Shown in pieces: positions 54,705-64,000 of a stretch of 64,000 nucleotides of DNA. The stretch is from an uncultured bacterium (lineage in GTDB: Bacteria; Actinomycetota; Acidimicrobiia; Acidimicrobiales; VFJN01), in contig CAVQVM010000019.1 of assembly GCA_963717085.1 (NCBI GenBank), forward strand, positions 137,397 to 201,396. Direction: 5' to 3'. Under the pieces are notes generated by a model. It searched no databases. It was not told where the DNA came from and worked only from the letters and a program-made list of their open reading frames with translations. How positions within the stretch are numbered: the stretch's first letter is position 1; each line of letters begins with the position of its first letter. Both the position numbers and the translations under genes were made by a program.

Positions 54705-55613
54705 TCAGTCGACAGGACGGATGTCGAGGCCGAACAGCTCCTCGAAGCGGGCGTAGTAGGCGGCGTCGTCGGGGGCGGCACCCAGTGCCAGCCACTCCGC
54801 GTCGGTCATCCGTTCGCGACCCTGGATGAGCTCCTGGGCGCCCCACGAGGTGACGTATCGGAGCTGGGGCTCGTCGGAGGTTGCGGCCCGGTGGATCACC
54901 TCGGCGACCTCGAAGGGGTCGGTGGCGACCGGGATCCCGGTGGCATAAAACTGCAACATGCGCTGGTAGGGGGCGTCGTAGGCCCCGGTCACGTGGGGAA
55001 AGTCGACGGACTTGGCGAATATGGCCGACTTGGTGATGCCGGGCTCGACGATCACGACCCGGACGCCGAACGGCGCCAGCTCCTGGGCCAGGCCCTCGCT
55101 GACCCCCTCGAGGGCCCACTTCGACGCGACATAGGGCGACTGCGCCAGGGCGGCCACCCGGCCTACCACCGACGTGACATTGACGATGGCGCCGCGGCCG
55201 CGCTCGCGCATGCCGGGCAGCACCGCCTGTGTGCAGCGAACGGCGCCACACAGGTTGACGTTCATGACGTCGAGGTAGTCGGACGGGCTGGTCTCCTCGA
55301 CGACACCGTTGCCGCCGACCCCGGCGTTGTTCACCAGGACGTCGACCCCTCCGGTGCGCTCGAGGATCTCTTCGAAGCCGCCCCGCACCGACTCGTCGTC
55401 GGCGACGTCGAGCTCGACCAGCTCGACATCGACGCCGCGCTCGGCCGCCATCGCGCCGAGCTTGGTGGCCCGGGTGCGGTCCCGAACCGTCCCGACCACC
55501 GAGTAGCCCCTCGCTGCGAAGTGGATTGCGGTGGCGCGCCCGATGCCCGAGTTCGCGCCCGTCACGACCGCTACGGAGGCCATGCCCTCGACAGTAACGG
55601 CCGGCTCCGGCAT
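54705..55613 (-). CDS. SDR-family oxidoreductase
   Basis: VAVVTGANSGIGRATA, NNAG and YVASKWALEG. The start is 55613 or 55583. The 406-aa track ORF is over-extended. Confidence 0.9.
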   Translation of the reverse strand: MPEPAVTVEGMASVAVVTGANSGIGRATAIHFAARGYSVVGTVRDRTRATKLGAMAAERGVDVELVELDVADDESVRGGFEEILERTGGVDVLVNNAGVGGNGVVEETSPSDYLDVMNVNLCGAVRCTQAVLPGMRERGRGAIVNVTSVVGRVAALAQSPYVASKWALEGVSEGLAQELAPFGVRVVIVEPGITKSAIFAKSVDFPHVTGAYDAPYQRMLQFYATGIPVATDPFEVAEVIHRAATSDEPQLRYVTSWGAQELIQGRERMTDAEWLALGAAPDDAAYYARFEELFGLDIRPVD

Positions 55614-55725
55614 CGGTAGCCCGTTCCGGTTGTGGCTGTCCGGCGATTGACGGCACAGCTGCAGCCAGTCTCGGGTGGGAAGGTAATCTGGACAGCTGCG
55701 CATTACCGGCCTTACTGTCGGGATC

Positions 55726-57381
55726 GTGACGACGCTGCTCGCCCCGCCCTGGCCATCGCTGCTCGACACCGGGGGAGAGGCGTTCGAGCGGAACCGCGCC
55801 GACATGCTCGAACAACTCGCCGTGATCGAGGAGCTGCTCGACGAGGCCGATGCCGGGGGAGGGCCGGCAGCGGTCGAGCGCATGCGGTCGCGGGGCAAGC
55901 TGCCGATTCGGGAGCGCATCGCCAACGTGTTGGACCCCGACAGCCCCTTCCTGGAGATCAGCGCCCTCGCGGGCTACGGCTCGGACTACACCGTCGGCGG
56001 CGGCATGGTCGTGGGCATCGGCGTGATCGCCGGCGTCGAGTGCGTGGTGATGGGCAACGATCCCTCGGTGATCGGCGGTGCGCTCACGCCGTACGCCATC
56101 AAGAAGTGGATGCGGGCCATCGAGATCGCACGCGACAACCGGATCCCGTACATCAGCTTCGTCGAGTCCGCCGGCGCCGACCTCCGGGTCGAGACCGGCG
56201 GGGGCGGCGGAGGTGAGGGTCGCCGCCGTCGGGCGCAGACGGAGCACTTCGCGGAGAGCGGCCGGGCCTTCTACGAGATGATCGAGCTCTCCAAGCTCGG
56301 GATCCCCACCGTGTGCGTGGTGTTCGGATCGTCGACCGCGGGCGGCGCCTATCAGCCCGGCCTCTCCGACTACGTGATCGTGATCGAGGAGCGCTCGAAG
56401 ATCTTCCTGGCCGGGCCGCCGCTGGTGAAGATGGCGACGGGCGAGGAGAGCGACGACGAGACGCTCGGCGGCGCGCAGCTCCATGCCGAGGTGTCGGGCC
56501 TCGGTGACTACCTGGCCACCGACGAGATGGATGCCATCCGCCTCTGCCGCGAGGTGATCTCGCACCTCAACTGGCGCAAGGCGGGGCCCCCGCCCTCGCC
56601 CCATGTCGAGGACCCGCTCTACGACCCCGAGGAGCTGCTGGGGCTCGTCAGCCGCGACCTACGCCAGCCGGTCGACGTGCGAGACGTGATCGCCCGCGTG
56701 GCCGACGGCTCGCGCTTCGAGGAGTTCAAGGGCCGTTACGGCGCCACGGTGGTGTGCGGCTGGGCGTCCATCCACGGCTACCCGGTCGGCATCCTCGGCA
56801 ACAACGGCGTGATCTACCCGGAGGGCGCAGAGAAGGCGGCGCACTTCATCCAGCTCTGCAACCAGAGCGACGTCCCCCTGCTGTTCCTCCAGAACATCAC
56901 CGGCTACATGGTGGGTCGCGACTTCGAGGCGGGGGGGATCGTCAAGAAGGGGTCGCAGATGATCAACGCCGTCACCAACTCGACCGTCCCGCACCTGACC
57001 GTGATCATCGGATCGTCGTACGGCGCCGGCACCTATGGCATGTCCGGGCGTGCCTTCGGCAACCGGTTCACGTTCCTGTGGCCGACGGCGAAGATCGCCG
57101 TAATGGGCCCCAAGCAGATCGCAGGGGTCATGTCGCAGGTCCGTCGGGCGCAGGCGGCCCGCAAGGGCACCGAGTTCGACGAGGAGGAGGACGCCAGGGT
57201 CGTCGCCGCCGTCGAGTCCATCCAGGAGAAGGGCTCGCTGGCGCTGGTCGCGACCGGTGCCGTCAGCGACGACGGCATCATCGACCCGCGGGACACCCGG
57301 ACCGTGCTCGGCATGTGCCTGTCGGTGGTCCGCAACCGGCCGGTAACCGGGGCGACCGGCTACGGGGTCTTCCGCCTGTGA
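55726..57381 (+). CDS. Acyl-CoA carboxylase, carboxyltransferase (beta) subunit
   Basis: 551 aa, two carboxyl-transferase halves: GKLPIRERI..LLDPDSPFLE...GVIAGVECVVMGNDPSVIGG... Confidence 0.9.
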   Translation: MTTLLAPPWPSLLDTGGEAFERNRADMLEQLAVIEELLDEADAGGGPAAVERMRSRGKLPIRERIANVLDPDSPFLEISALAGYGSDYTVGGGMVVGIGVIAGVECVVMGNDPSVIGGALTPYAIKKWMRAIEIARDNRIPYISFVESAGADLRVETGGGGGGEGRRRRAQTEHFAESGRAFYEMIELSKLGIPTVCVVFGSSTAGGAYQPGLSDYVIVIEERSKIFLAGPPLVKMATGEESDDETLGGAQLHAEVSGLGDYLATDEMDAIRLCREVISHLNWRKAGPPPSPHVEDPLYDPEELLGLVSRDLRQPVDVRDVIARVADGSRFEEFKGRYGATVVCGWASIHGYPVGILGNNGVIYPEGAEKAAHFIQLCNQSDVPLLFLQNITGYMVGRDFEAGGIVKKGSQMINAVTNSTVPHLTVIIGSSYGAGTYGMSGRAFGNRFTFLWPTAKIAVMGPKQIAGVMSQVRRAQAARKGTEFDEEEDARVVAAVESIQEKGSLALVATGAVSDDGIIDPRDTRTVLGMCLSVVRNRPVTGATGYGVFRL

Positions 57382-59378
57382 GCGCCCCACTCACCGGCGT
57401 CCTGGTCGCCAACCGCGGGGAGATCGCGCGGCGCGTCTTCCGCACGGCGCGGTCCATGGGGCTCCGGTGCGCCGCGGTCTACACGGACGCCGATGCCGCG
57501 GCCCCCTTCGTGGCCGACGCGGACGAGGCGGTGCGCCTGGGCGGTGGCTACCTCGACGGGCCGGAGATCGTCGCCGCGGCCCTGGCCACCGGTGCGGACG
57601 CCGTCCACCCCGGCTATGGCTACCTGGCGGAGAACGGCGCATTCGCGACCGCGGTCGCCGACGCCGGGCTGGCCTGGGTCGGCCCACCGCCGGAGGTGAT
57701 CGACGCGATGGGGGACAAGCTGGCGGCCAAGCGCGCTGCCGTCGACGCGGGCGTCCCCACGCTCCCGTCGTCGGACGACCCCGCTGCGGACGGCGACGTC
57801 GGCTACCCGCTGCTGGTCAAGGCGGCCGCCGGGGGTGGTGGCAAGGGCATGCGCATCGTGGACCGGCCGGATGACCTCGCGGAGGCGGTGGCCGCCGCCC
57901 GCCGGGAGGCCGCAGGCGCCTTCGGCGACGATCGGGTCTTCCTCGAGCGCTACGTGGGCCGGGCCCGCCACATCGAGATCCAGATCCTCGGCGACCACCA
58001 CGGCGGGCTGGTGCACCTCGGCGAGAGGGAATGCTCCATACAGCGGCGCCATCAGAAGATCATCGAGGAGTCGCCGTCCTCGGGGATCGTCGACGACCAG
58101 CTGCGGTCGACCATGGGCGATGCCGCGCTGCGGCTGGCGCGCGCGCTCGGCTACCGGTCGGCGGGCACGGTGGAGTTCCTGCTCGACGACGCCACCCACG
58201 AGTTCTTCTTCCTCGAGGTCAACACCCGGCTGCAGGTCGAGCACCCGGTCACCGAGGAGGTCACCGGCATCGACCTGGTGCGCGAGCAGCTACGCATCGC
58301 CGCCGGCGAGCCGCTCGGCTACGGGCAGCAGGCGATCTCGTTCCGCGGCCACGCCATCGAGGCCCGCCTCTACGCCGAGGACCCCGGCGCCGGGTTCCTC
58401 CCGGCCACCGGCACGCTGGCGGCCTTCGCCCCCGCGCCCGAGCCCGAGGTCCGCTGGGACTCGGGGGTGGAAGCCGGATCGGTGGTGGGCCTGGACTTCG
58501 ACCCGATGCTCGCCAAGGTGGTCGCCCACGCGCCGACGCGGGGCGAGGCGGCCGCCCGGTTGGCCCGCGCCCTGGAGCGCCTCCACCTCGGCGGCGTGAC
58601 CACCAACCGCGAGTTCCTGGCCGCCGCCCTACGGCACCCGGCATTCCTCGCCGGCGACACGACCACCGACTTCATCGATCGAGTCGATCCCTCCGCGACG
58701 CTGGACCTGGACGACGACGAGCTCGGGCGCTTCGCCACGCTGGCGGCGCTGTGGCTACAGGACGACAACCGGTCACGGGCGTCGGTGCTGTCGGCGATGC
58801 CCAGCGGCTGGCGCAACGCCCGGCTCCCGGCGCAGCGGGTCACCCTCGCTCACGGCGCCCGTACCGTCACGGTGAGCTACCGAGCCCGGCGCGACGGCCG
58901 GTTCGTGCTCGGCGGCGCCGACGCAGCCGAGGCCGACGGCGGTGCGGGTCCCGACGGCGGCTCGGCCCGGGTCCATCGATGGACGCCCACGAGCATCGAC
59001 GCCGAGGTCAACGGGCGGCGTGCGACCGCACGGCTCACCCGGGACGGCGATCGGCTCTACGTGCAGGCGCCCGGCGGGACGGTGGCGTTCGACGTCGTCC
59101 CCCGCTTCGTGGCGCCCGGCGCCGCGTCCGCGACGGCCGGCGGCCTGGTGGCGCCCATGCCGGGGATCGTGCTCGACGTCCGCTGCGCCCCCGGCGACGT
59201 GGTCGACGCCCGGCAGACCCTGGTGGTGCTGGAGGCGATGAAGATGGAGCACCACGTGCGAGCCCCCGCCGACGGGGTCGTCTCGGAGGTGCGGGTGGCC
59301 AAGGGCCAGCACGTCGAGAACGGCGCCGTCCTGCTCGTCCTCGAGCCGGTCGAGGACGACAGCGGGGAGCGCGGCTGA
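57378..59378 (+). CDS. Acyl-CoA carboxylase alpha subunit (biotin carboxylase + BCCP)
   Basis: GTG at 57378 overlaps the upstream stop (GTGA): VLVANRGEIARRV...HPGYGYLAENG...VLEAMKMEH biotinyl-Lys motif. Confidence 0.9.
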   Translation: MSAPLTGVLVANRGEIARRVFRTARSMGLRCAAVYTDADAAAPFVADADEAVRLGGGYLDGPEIVAAALATGADAVHPGYGYLAENGAFATAVADAGLAWVGPPPEVIDAMGDKLAAKRAAVDAGVPTLPSSDDPAADGDVGYPLLVKAAAGGGGKGMRIVDRPDDLAEAVAAARREAAGAFGDDRVFLERYVGRARHIEIQILGDHHGGLVHLGERECSIQRRHQKIIEESPSSGIVDDQLRSTMGDAALRLARALGYRSAGTVEFLLDDATHEFFFLEVNTRLQVEHPVTEEVTGIDLVREQLRIAAGEPLGYGQQAISFRGHAIEARLYAEDPGAGFLPATGTLAAFAPAPEPEVRWDSGVEAGSVVGLDFDPMLAKVVAHAPTRGEAAARLARALERLHLGGVTTNREFLAAALRHPAFLAGDTTTDFIDRVDPSATLDLDDDELGRFATLAALWLQDDNRSRASVLSAMPSGWRNARLPAQRVTLAHGARTVTVSYRARRDGRFVLGGADAAEADGGAGPDGGSARVHRWTPTSIDAEVNGRRATARLTRDGDRLYVQAPGGTVAFDVVPRFVAPGAASATAGGLVAPMPGIVLDVRCAPGDVVDARQTLVVLEAMKMEHHVRAPADGVVSEVRVAKGQHVENGAVLLVLEPVEDDSGERG

Positions 59379-61231
59379 TGAACATGTCGTCCGCTCCTGC
59401 CGCTTCGCAGCGGGCCGCTCGGGCCCCGGCTTCGCCAGGCGGCGAAGCCTCAAGTCCCATCCGCATCGCCAACTGCTCGGGCTTCTACGGCGACCGCCTC
59501 TCGGCCGCCCGGGAGATGGTGGAGGGCGGGCCCATCGACGTCCTCACCGGCGACTGGCTCGCCGAGCTCACCATGCTCATCCTCGCCCGGACCCGCGCCA
59601 GCCGGGGGCCCGGGGGCGGCTACGCCCGGAGCTTCGTCGCCCAGATGGAGCAGGTGATGGGCGCCTGCATGGACCAGGGCATCAAGGTGGTGTCGAATGC
59701 CGGCGGGCTCGACCCGGCGGGGTGCGCGGAGGCGGTGGGCGAGGTCGCCGACCGGCTGGGCCTGTCTCCCACGATCGCCTATGTCGACGGCGACGACCTC
59801 CTGCCGCGGCTCGAAGAGCTGACGGCGGCCGGGGTCGACCTCTCCCATCTCGACACCGGGGAGCCGGTGGGGGACGTCGCCCGGTTCGTCAGCGCCAACG
59901 CCTACCTCGGGTGCTGGGGGATCGTCGAGGCGCTCGGGCGGGGTGCCGACATCGTCGTGACCGGCCGCACCACCGACGCCGCGGTGGTCTGCGGCCCGGC
60001 GGCGTGGCACCACGGCTGGGCCCGTGACGACTGGGACGCGCTGGCCGGGGCGGTGGTCGCCGGCCACGTCATCGAGTGCGGCACGCAGGCCACCGGCGGC
60101 AACTACTCGTTCTTCACCGAGGTGCCGGGCATGACCCGTGTCGGCTTTCCGTGGGCCGAGATCGCCGCCGACGGCTCGTCCGTGATCGGCAAGCACGAGG
60201 GAACCGGGGGAGAGGTGTCGGTGGGCACCGTCACGTCGCAGCTCCTCTACGAGATCGCGGATCCCGCCTACCTCGGACCCGACGTCACCGCCCGGTTCGA
60301 CACGATCCGGATCGAGCCCGAGGGCCCGGCGCGCGTGCGCCTCCACGGGGTGCGCGGCGAGCCGCCGCCGCCAACGCTGAAGGTGGCCATGAACGAGCTG
60401 GGCGGCTACCGCAACGACATCGCCGTGGCGCTCACCGGCCTCGACATCGAGGCCAAGGCGCAGCTCGTGGAGGACGCGTTCTGGGAGGCGTGCCCGTACA
60501 AGCCGGAAGACTTCGCCAGCGTCACTGCGCGGGTGGTCCGCACGGACAAGGGCGATCCCGCCAGCAACGAGGAGGCGGTCGCGGCCTGGCGACTGACGGT
60601 CAAGGACCCCGACGAGCGCAAGGTGGGCCGCGCCGTGTCCAACGCGATGGTCGAGCTCGGCCTCGCCACCATCCCGGGGTTCTTCGGCCTGTCCGGCGGG
60701 CCCCGCGAGGCCCGGCCGTACGGTGTCTTCCGGCCGGCGCTGGTGCCGGCCGAGCTGGTGCCCCAACACGTGGTGGTACTGACCACAGGCGAACGCACCC
60801 TCGTCGAGTCCACGGCACCCCTCGCCACGCCTGCGACGGTCGGGGTGGACCCCGCGCCCGGGCCGGCGGTGAGGGCGCCCGGCGGCGCCACGGTGCTGGC
60901 GCCGCTGGGACATGTCGCCGGCGCCCGCTCGGGCGACAAGGCCGGCAACGCCAACCTCGGCGTCTTCGCCCGCACCGACGAGTCCTGGGCCTGGCTCGAC
61001 GGGTTCCTCACCGTCGACCGGCTCCGGCAACTGCTGCCCGAGACCGACGACCTCGACGTCGACCGCCATCGGCTGGCCAATCTCCGCGCCCTCAACTTCG
61101 TGATCCACGGCCTGCTCCAGGAAGGCGTGGCGGCGTCCACGCGCCAGGATGCGCAGGCCAAGAGCCTGGGCGAGTGGCTGCGGGCGCGGGTGGTCGAGCT
61201 GCCCGCGGCGCTGCTCGCCGACGGGCCATGA
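59378..61231 (+). CDS. AtuA-family (DUF1446) protein, long form
   Basis: IRIANCSGFYGDRLSAAREMVEGGPIDVLTGDWLAELTM...GHVIECGTQATGGNY. The start overlaps the upstream stop. Confidence 0.85.
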   Translation: MNMSSAPAASQRAARAPASPGGEASSPIRIANCSGFYGDRLSAAREMVEGGPIDVLTGDWLAELTMLILARTRASRGPGGGYARSFVAQMEQVMGACMDQGIKVVSNAGGLDPAGCAEAVGEVADRLGLSPTIAYVDGDDLLPRLEELTAAGVDLSHLDTGEPVGDVARFVSANAYLGCWGIVEALGRGADIVVTGRTTDAAVVCGPAAWHHGWARDDWDALAGAVVAGHVIECGTQATGGNYSFFTEVPGMTRVGFPWAEIAADGSSVIGKHEGTGGEVSVGTVTSQLLYEIADPAYLGPDVTARFDTIRIEPEGPARVRLHGVRGEPPPPTLKVAMNELGGYRNDIAVALTGLDIEAKAQLVEDAFWEACPYKPEDFASVTARVVRTDKGDPASNEEAVAAWRLTVKDPDERKVGRAVSNAMVELGLATIPGFFGLSGGPREARPYGVFRPALVPAELVPQHVVVLTTGERTLVESTAPLATPATVGVDPAPGPAVRAPGGATVLAPLGHVAGARSGDKAGNANLGVFARTDESWAWLDGFLTVDRLRQLLPETDDLDVDRHRLANLRALNFVIHGLLQEGVAASTRQDAQAKSLGEWLRARVVELPAALLADGP

Positions 61232-61911
61232 CCACCGTCGTCGTCGACGAGATGCGGCGGCGGCTGGGGGCGGTGCGGCGGCCCCGACCGATCATGGGCC
61301 GGGACCGCGAGCGGGCGCTGACCGACCGCCAGCGGGAGCTGCTCGACCAGATGGAGCACCTGTTCGCGGGCGGGTTCGCGACGCTGACGATGGCCGAGCT
61401 GGCGGCACGCCTGAACTGCTCGCTGCGCACGCTCTATGCGCTGGCCCCCAGCAGGGACGAGCTCGTGCTGGTGGTGGTCGACCGCAACCTGTGGCGCGTC
61501 GGACGGGCGGCGCGCGACGCCCTCCGCGAGGACCTGGCGCCGCTCGATGCGGTACGCGCCTACCTCGAGGCGGCGACGGTGGCGGTCAGCGACTGGACCG
61601 AGGCGTTCGCCCGCGACCTGGCGGCCGTCCCGGCGGCGCAGGAGCTCGAGGAGGGCCACAACGAGTACCTGTTCGACGTGACCCGCACGCTGCTCGACCT
61701 GGCCGTGGAACGGGGCGACATCGCCGACGTCGACACCGCCGCCGTCGCCCGGGTGCTCGCCGGTCTCGGCCGGTTCTTCTCCCGGCCCTGGGTGATCTCC
61801 AGCCTGGAGTCGTCGCCCAAGGAGGCGGCCGACGAGGTGGTCGACCTGGTGTTGGGGGGCCTGCGCAGCCGTGCCGGGGAGGCCAGAACAACGGGGAGGA
61901 TGACCGGATGA
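61228..61911 (+). CDS. TetR-family transcriptional regulator
   Basis: ATGA overlap with the AtuA-family stop: LTDRQRELLDQMEHLFAGGFATLTMAELAARLNCSLRTLYALAPSRDEL. Confidence 0.8.
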   Translation: MTTVVVDEMRRRLGAVRRPRPIMGRDRERALTDRQRELLDQMEHLFAGGFATLTMAELAARLNCSLRTLYALAPSRDELVLVVVDRNLWRVGRAARDALREDLAPLDAVRAYLEAATVAVSDWTEAFARDLAAVPAAQELEEGHNEYLFDVTRTLLDLAVERGDIADVDTAAVARVLAGLGRFFSRPWVISSLESSPKEAADEVVDLVLGGLRSRAGEARTTGRMTG

Positions 61912-62711
61912 CCGATGTGCACCAGGTGGCGGCCGACCTGCGCGCCGAGCAGGGCGCCCTCGATGCGATCGTGGCCGGCCTGACCGCGGAGCAGTGGCGG
62001 CTGGCGACCCCGAGCCCGGGGTGGACGGTGGCGGACCAGATCGGCCACCTGACGTACTACGACGGGGCGGCCGCCTCCGCCATCGAGGATCCGCCGGCGT
62101 TCAAGGAATCGATCGCCGAGCTCCTCGCCGACCCGAGCCGGATCGACGTCCTGACGCTCCACCGCCACCTGGCCCCGCCCGACCTGGTCGACACCTGGCG
62201 TGCCACGCGCCGCCGGCTGGCGCGGGCCGCGAGCACCCTCGACGACGACCGGCGGGTCGAGTGGTATGGGCCCTCGATGGGCGCGAAGTCGTTCCTCACC
62301 GCCCGGCTGATGGAGTGCTGGGCCCACGGCCAGGACGTCGCCGACGCCGTCGGTGCGCCAAGGCAGCCCACGGACCGGCTCCGCCACGTCGCCCAGCTCG
62401 GGTTCATCACCCGCGGGTGGTCGTACGTGAACCGCGGGCTCGAGCGGCCGGCGGGCGACGTGCGGGTCGAGCTCGTCGGGCCCTCGGGGGACGCCTGGCG
62501 CTTCGGCGACGACGACGCCGCCGACGTCGTGCGCGGTCCCGCTGAGGACTTCTGCCTCGTGGTCACCCAGCGCCGCCACGTCGACGACACCGCGCTCGAG
62601 GTCGCCGGGACGCTGGCCCGCGACTGGCTAGCCAAGGCCCAAGCATTTGCCGGCCCGCCCACCGACGGGCCCGGCCCCGGGGAGAGGCAGGGCCGGGGGA
62701 GCCGAACATGA
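61908..62711 (+). CDS. DinB/maleylpyruvate-isomerase-N-terminal-like protein (TIGR03084-like)
   Basis: ATGA overlap with the TetR stop: LTAEQWRLATPSPGWTVADQIGHLTYYD...LMECWAHGQD. The family name is from memory. Confidence 0.8.
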   Translation: MTDVHQVAADLRAEQGALDAIVAGLTAEQWRLATPSPGWTVADQIGHLTYYDGAAASAIEDPPAFKESIAELLADPSRIDVLTLHRHLAPPDLVDTWRATRRRLARAASTLDDDRRVEWYGPSMGAKSFLTARLMECWAHGQDVADAVGAPRQPTDRLRHVAQLGFITRGWSYVNRGLERPAGDVRVELVGPSGDAWRFGDDDAADVVRGPAEDFCLVVTQRRHVDDTALEVAGTLARDWLAKAQAFAGPPTDGPGPGERQGRGSRT

Positions 62712-63517
62712 GCGTGATCGAGACCGCCCTGGACGCCAGGGGTGTGCTCACCGTGACGCTCGCCGACGAGGCCAACCGCAACGCGCTGAGCGCCCGGCTC
62801 GTCGGCGAGCTGAGCGAGGCGCTCGACGCCGCGGACGCCGATCCGAAGGTGCGGGTGGTGGTGCTCACCAACCGGGGCCGGGTGTTCTGCGCCGGCGCCG
62901 ACCTGTCCGAGCGCTCGGCGGGGTCGGGCGCCGGCGACCGGCCGGCGGCGGTGCGACGCCCCGAGGATCTCTTCGGCCGGTTCGCCCGGTCGCCCAAGCC
63001 GTACGTGGGGAGGATCGCCGGCCATTGTGTCGCCGGGGGCATGGGGCTCGCCGCCGCCATGGACATCTCCATCGCCGCGGACGACGCCAAGTTCGGGTTC
63101 ACCGAGGTGCGCGTCGGCGTGGCGCCGGCGGTCATCTCCGTGGTCTGCCTGCCCAAGTTGCGTCCCGCCGACGCCCGGGCTGCGTTCCTCCGGGGCACGC
63201 GGTTCCCGGCGGCCGACGCGGCCCGGATGGGCCTGATCAACGCCGCGGTGCCCGCGGATCGGCTCGACGACGAGGTCGCCGCGGCCGTCGACGACCTGCT
63301 CGCGGGCGGACCCGGCGCGCTCGCCGCATCCAAGCGGCTGCTCGCCGAGGTGCCGGGGATGCCGGTCGACGAGGCGTTTTCCTGGACCGGTGCCCTGTCG
63401 GCGGAGCTGTTCGCCGGCGACGAGGCGAGGGCCGGCATGCGGGCATATCTCGAGAAGCGCCCGGCGCCGTGGGTCGCTGCCGTGCCGGGCGGGGATGTCG
63501 CCGAGCAAGGAGGCTGA
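62708..63517 (+). CDS. Enoyl-CoA hydratase/isomerase family protein
   Basis: VLTVTLADEANRNAL...VVLTNRGRVFCAGADL. Confidence 0.9.
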   Translation: MSVIETALDARGVLTVTLADEANRNALSARLVGELSEALDAADADPKVRVVVLTNRGRVFCAGADLSERSAGSGAGDRPAAVRRPEDLFGRFARSPKPYVGRIAGHCVAGGMGLAAAMDISIAADDAKFGFTEVRVGVAPAVISVVCLPKLRPADARAAFLRGTRFPAADAARMGLINAAVPADRLDDEVAAAVDDLLAGGPGALAASKRLLAEVPGMPVDEAFSWTGALSAELFAGDEARAGMRAYLEKRPAPWVAAVPGGDVAEQGG

Positions 63518-63519
63518 CC

Positions 63520-64000
63520 ATGCGCACCGCCGTCACCGAGATGTTCGGGATCGACGTGCCGATCCTCGCGTTCAGCCATTGCCGCGACGTGGTCGCCGCC
63601 GTCACGAGGGCGGGTGGCATGGGCGTCCTCGGTGCCGCCGCTCACTCGCCGGAGCAGCTCGAGATCGACCTTGACTGGATCGAGGCCGAGGTCGGTGACC
63701 GGCCCTACGGCGTCGACCTGATCGTCCCGGTGAGCTACGCGGGGTCGGCGGCGGGTGGCCTGTCCATCGAGGACGTCCGCGCCCTGATTCCGCCCCAGCA
63801 CCGGGCCTTCGTCGCCGACATCCTCCGCCGCTACGACGTGGCCGAGCTGCCCGACGAGGGCGGGCCCGCGGGAGAGCCCTCGGCGCGTGACGGCGCCGTC
63901 GGCGACGCCGGTGCCGGGATGATCTTCTCGGCCGAGCGCGCCGACCCCCAGCTCGAGATCGCGCTCGCCCACCGGACCGCGCTCGTCGTCAACGCCCTCG
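63520..64000 (+). CDS. Nitronate monooxygenase family protein, N-terminal part (runs off the window)
   Basis: ATG at 63520 after AAGGAGG: MFGIDVPILAFSHCRDVVAAVTRAGGMGVLGAAAH. Confidence 0.8.
   Translation, partial: MRTAVTEMFGIDVPILAFSHCRDVVAAVTRAGGMGVLGAAAHSPEQLEIDLDWIEAEVGDRPYGVDLIVPVSYAGSAAGGLSIEDVRALIPPQHRAFVADILRRYDVAELPDEGGPAGEPSARDGAVGDAGAGMIFSAERADPQLEIALAHRTALVVNAL

Noticed and set aside
54595-56604. 669-aa minus-strand ORF across the carboxyltransferase gene. Similar cases: 62563-63972(-), 62057-63508(-), 59450-61108(-), 44669-46729(-) upstream part, 16694-17842(-), 14226-15851(-)
   Set aside because: All are antisense or off-frame shadows of well-supported genes, with no recognisable domains and extreme Arg/Gly/Pro content.

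Overview
High-GC (about 70%) Actinomycetota-type chromosomal segment. I read the ORF track by eye, using recognisable protein families, SD-like sequences and ATGA/GTGA start-stop overlaps. Most very long ORFs in the track are GC artefacts that overlap the real genes. The backbone is mostly CoA/lipid and small-molecule metabolism: a DUF35 + SCP2-type thiolase + two enoyl-CoA hydratases; IclR + family-III CoA-transferase + citryl-CoA-lyase-like; WS/DGAT + alpha/beta hydrolase; and an Atu-like biotin carboxylase cluster with AtuA, TetR, a TIGR03084-like protein and a hydratase. Regulators are interspersed: an ECF sigma factor, a tandem-fused GntR/FadR, TetR and IclR. The main accessory feature is a ~17.9-kb island (18770-36704) carrying a tyrosine integrase. 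It is flanked by a 14-bp direct repeat, and the two junctions rebuild a perfect hairpin just downstream of a secreted RTX-like gene. The island holds IS debris and an IS30 transposase gene split by an intact IS110-family element. The 5' leader of that IS110 has the two-loop layout of a bridge RNA, with guide segments matching its own insertion junctions. The island also carries stress-type DUF genes, three tandem SnoaL-like genes and two frameshifted genes (a methyltransferase and a SARP regulator). Other points: (1) a CTAG-bounded palindromic repeat family, with two ~166-bp copies showing compensatory stem changes and two minimal copies lying on stop codons; (2) two paralogous loci of tiny Arg-rich ORFs sharing SWPW and Y.RG.PA..W motifs; (3) a PheS-core + FDX-ACB stand-alone ligase-like gene; (4) several gene fragments and frameshifts that could be real decay or assembly indels. 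I saw no rRNA, no convincing tRNA and no CRISPR array. All family calls come from reading translations; no database search was possible.
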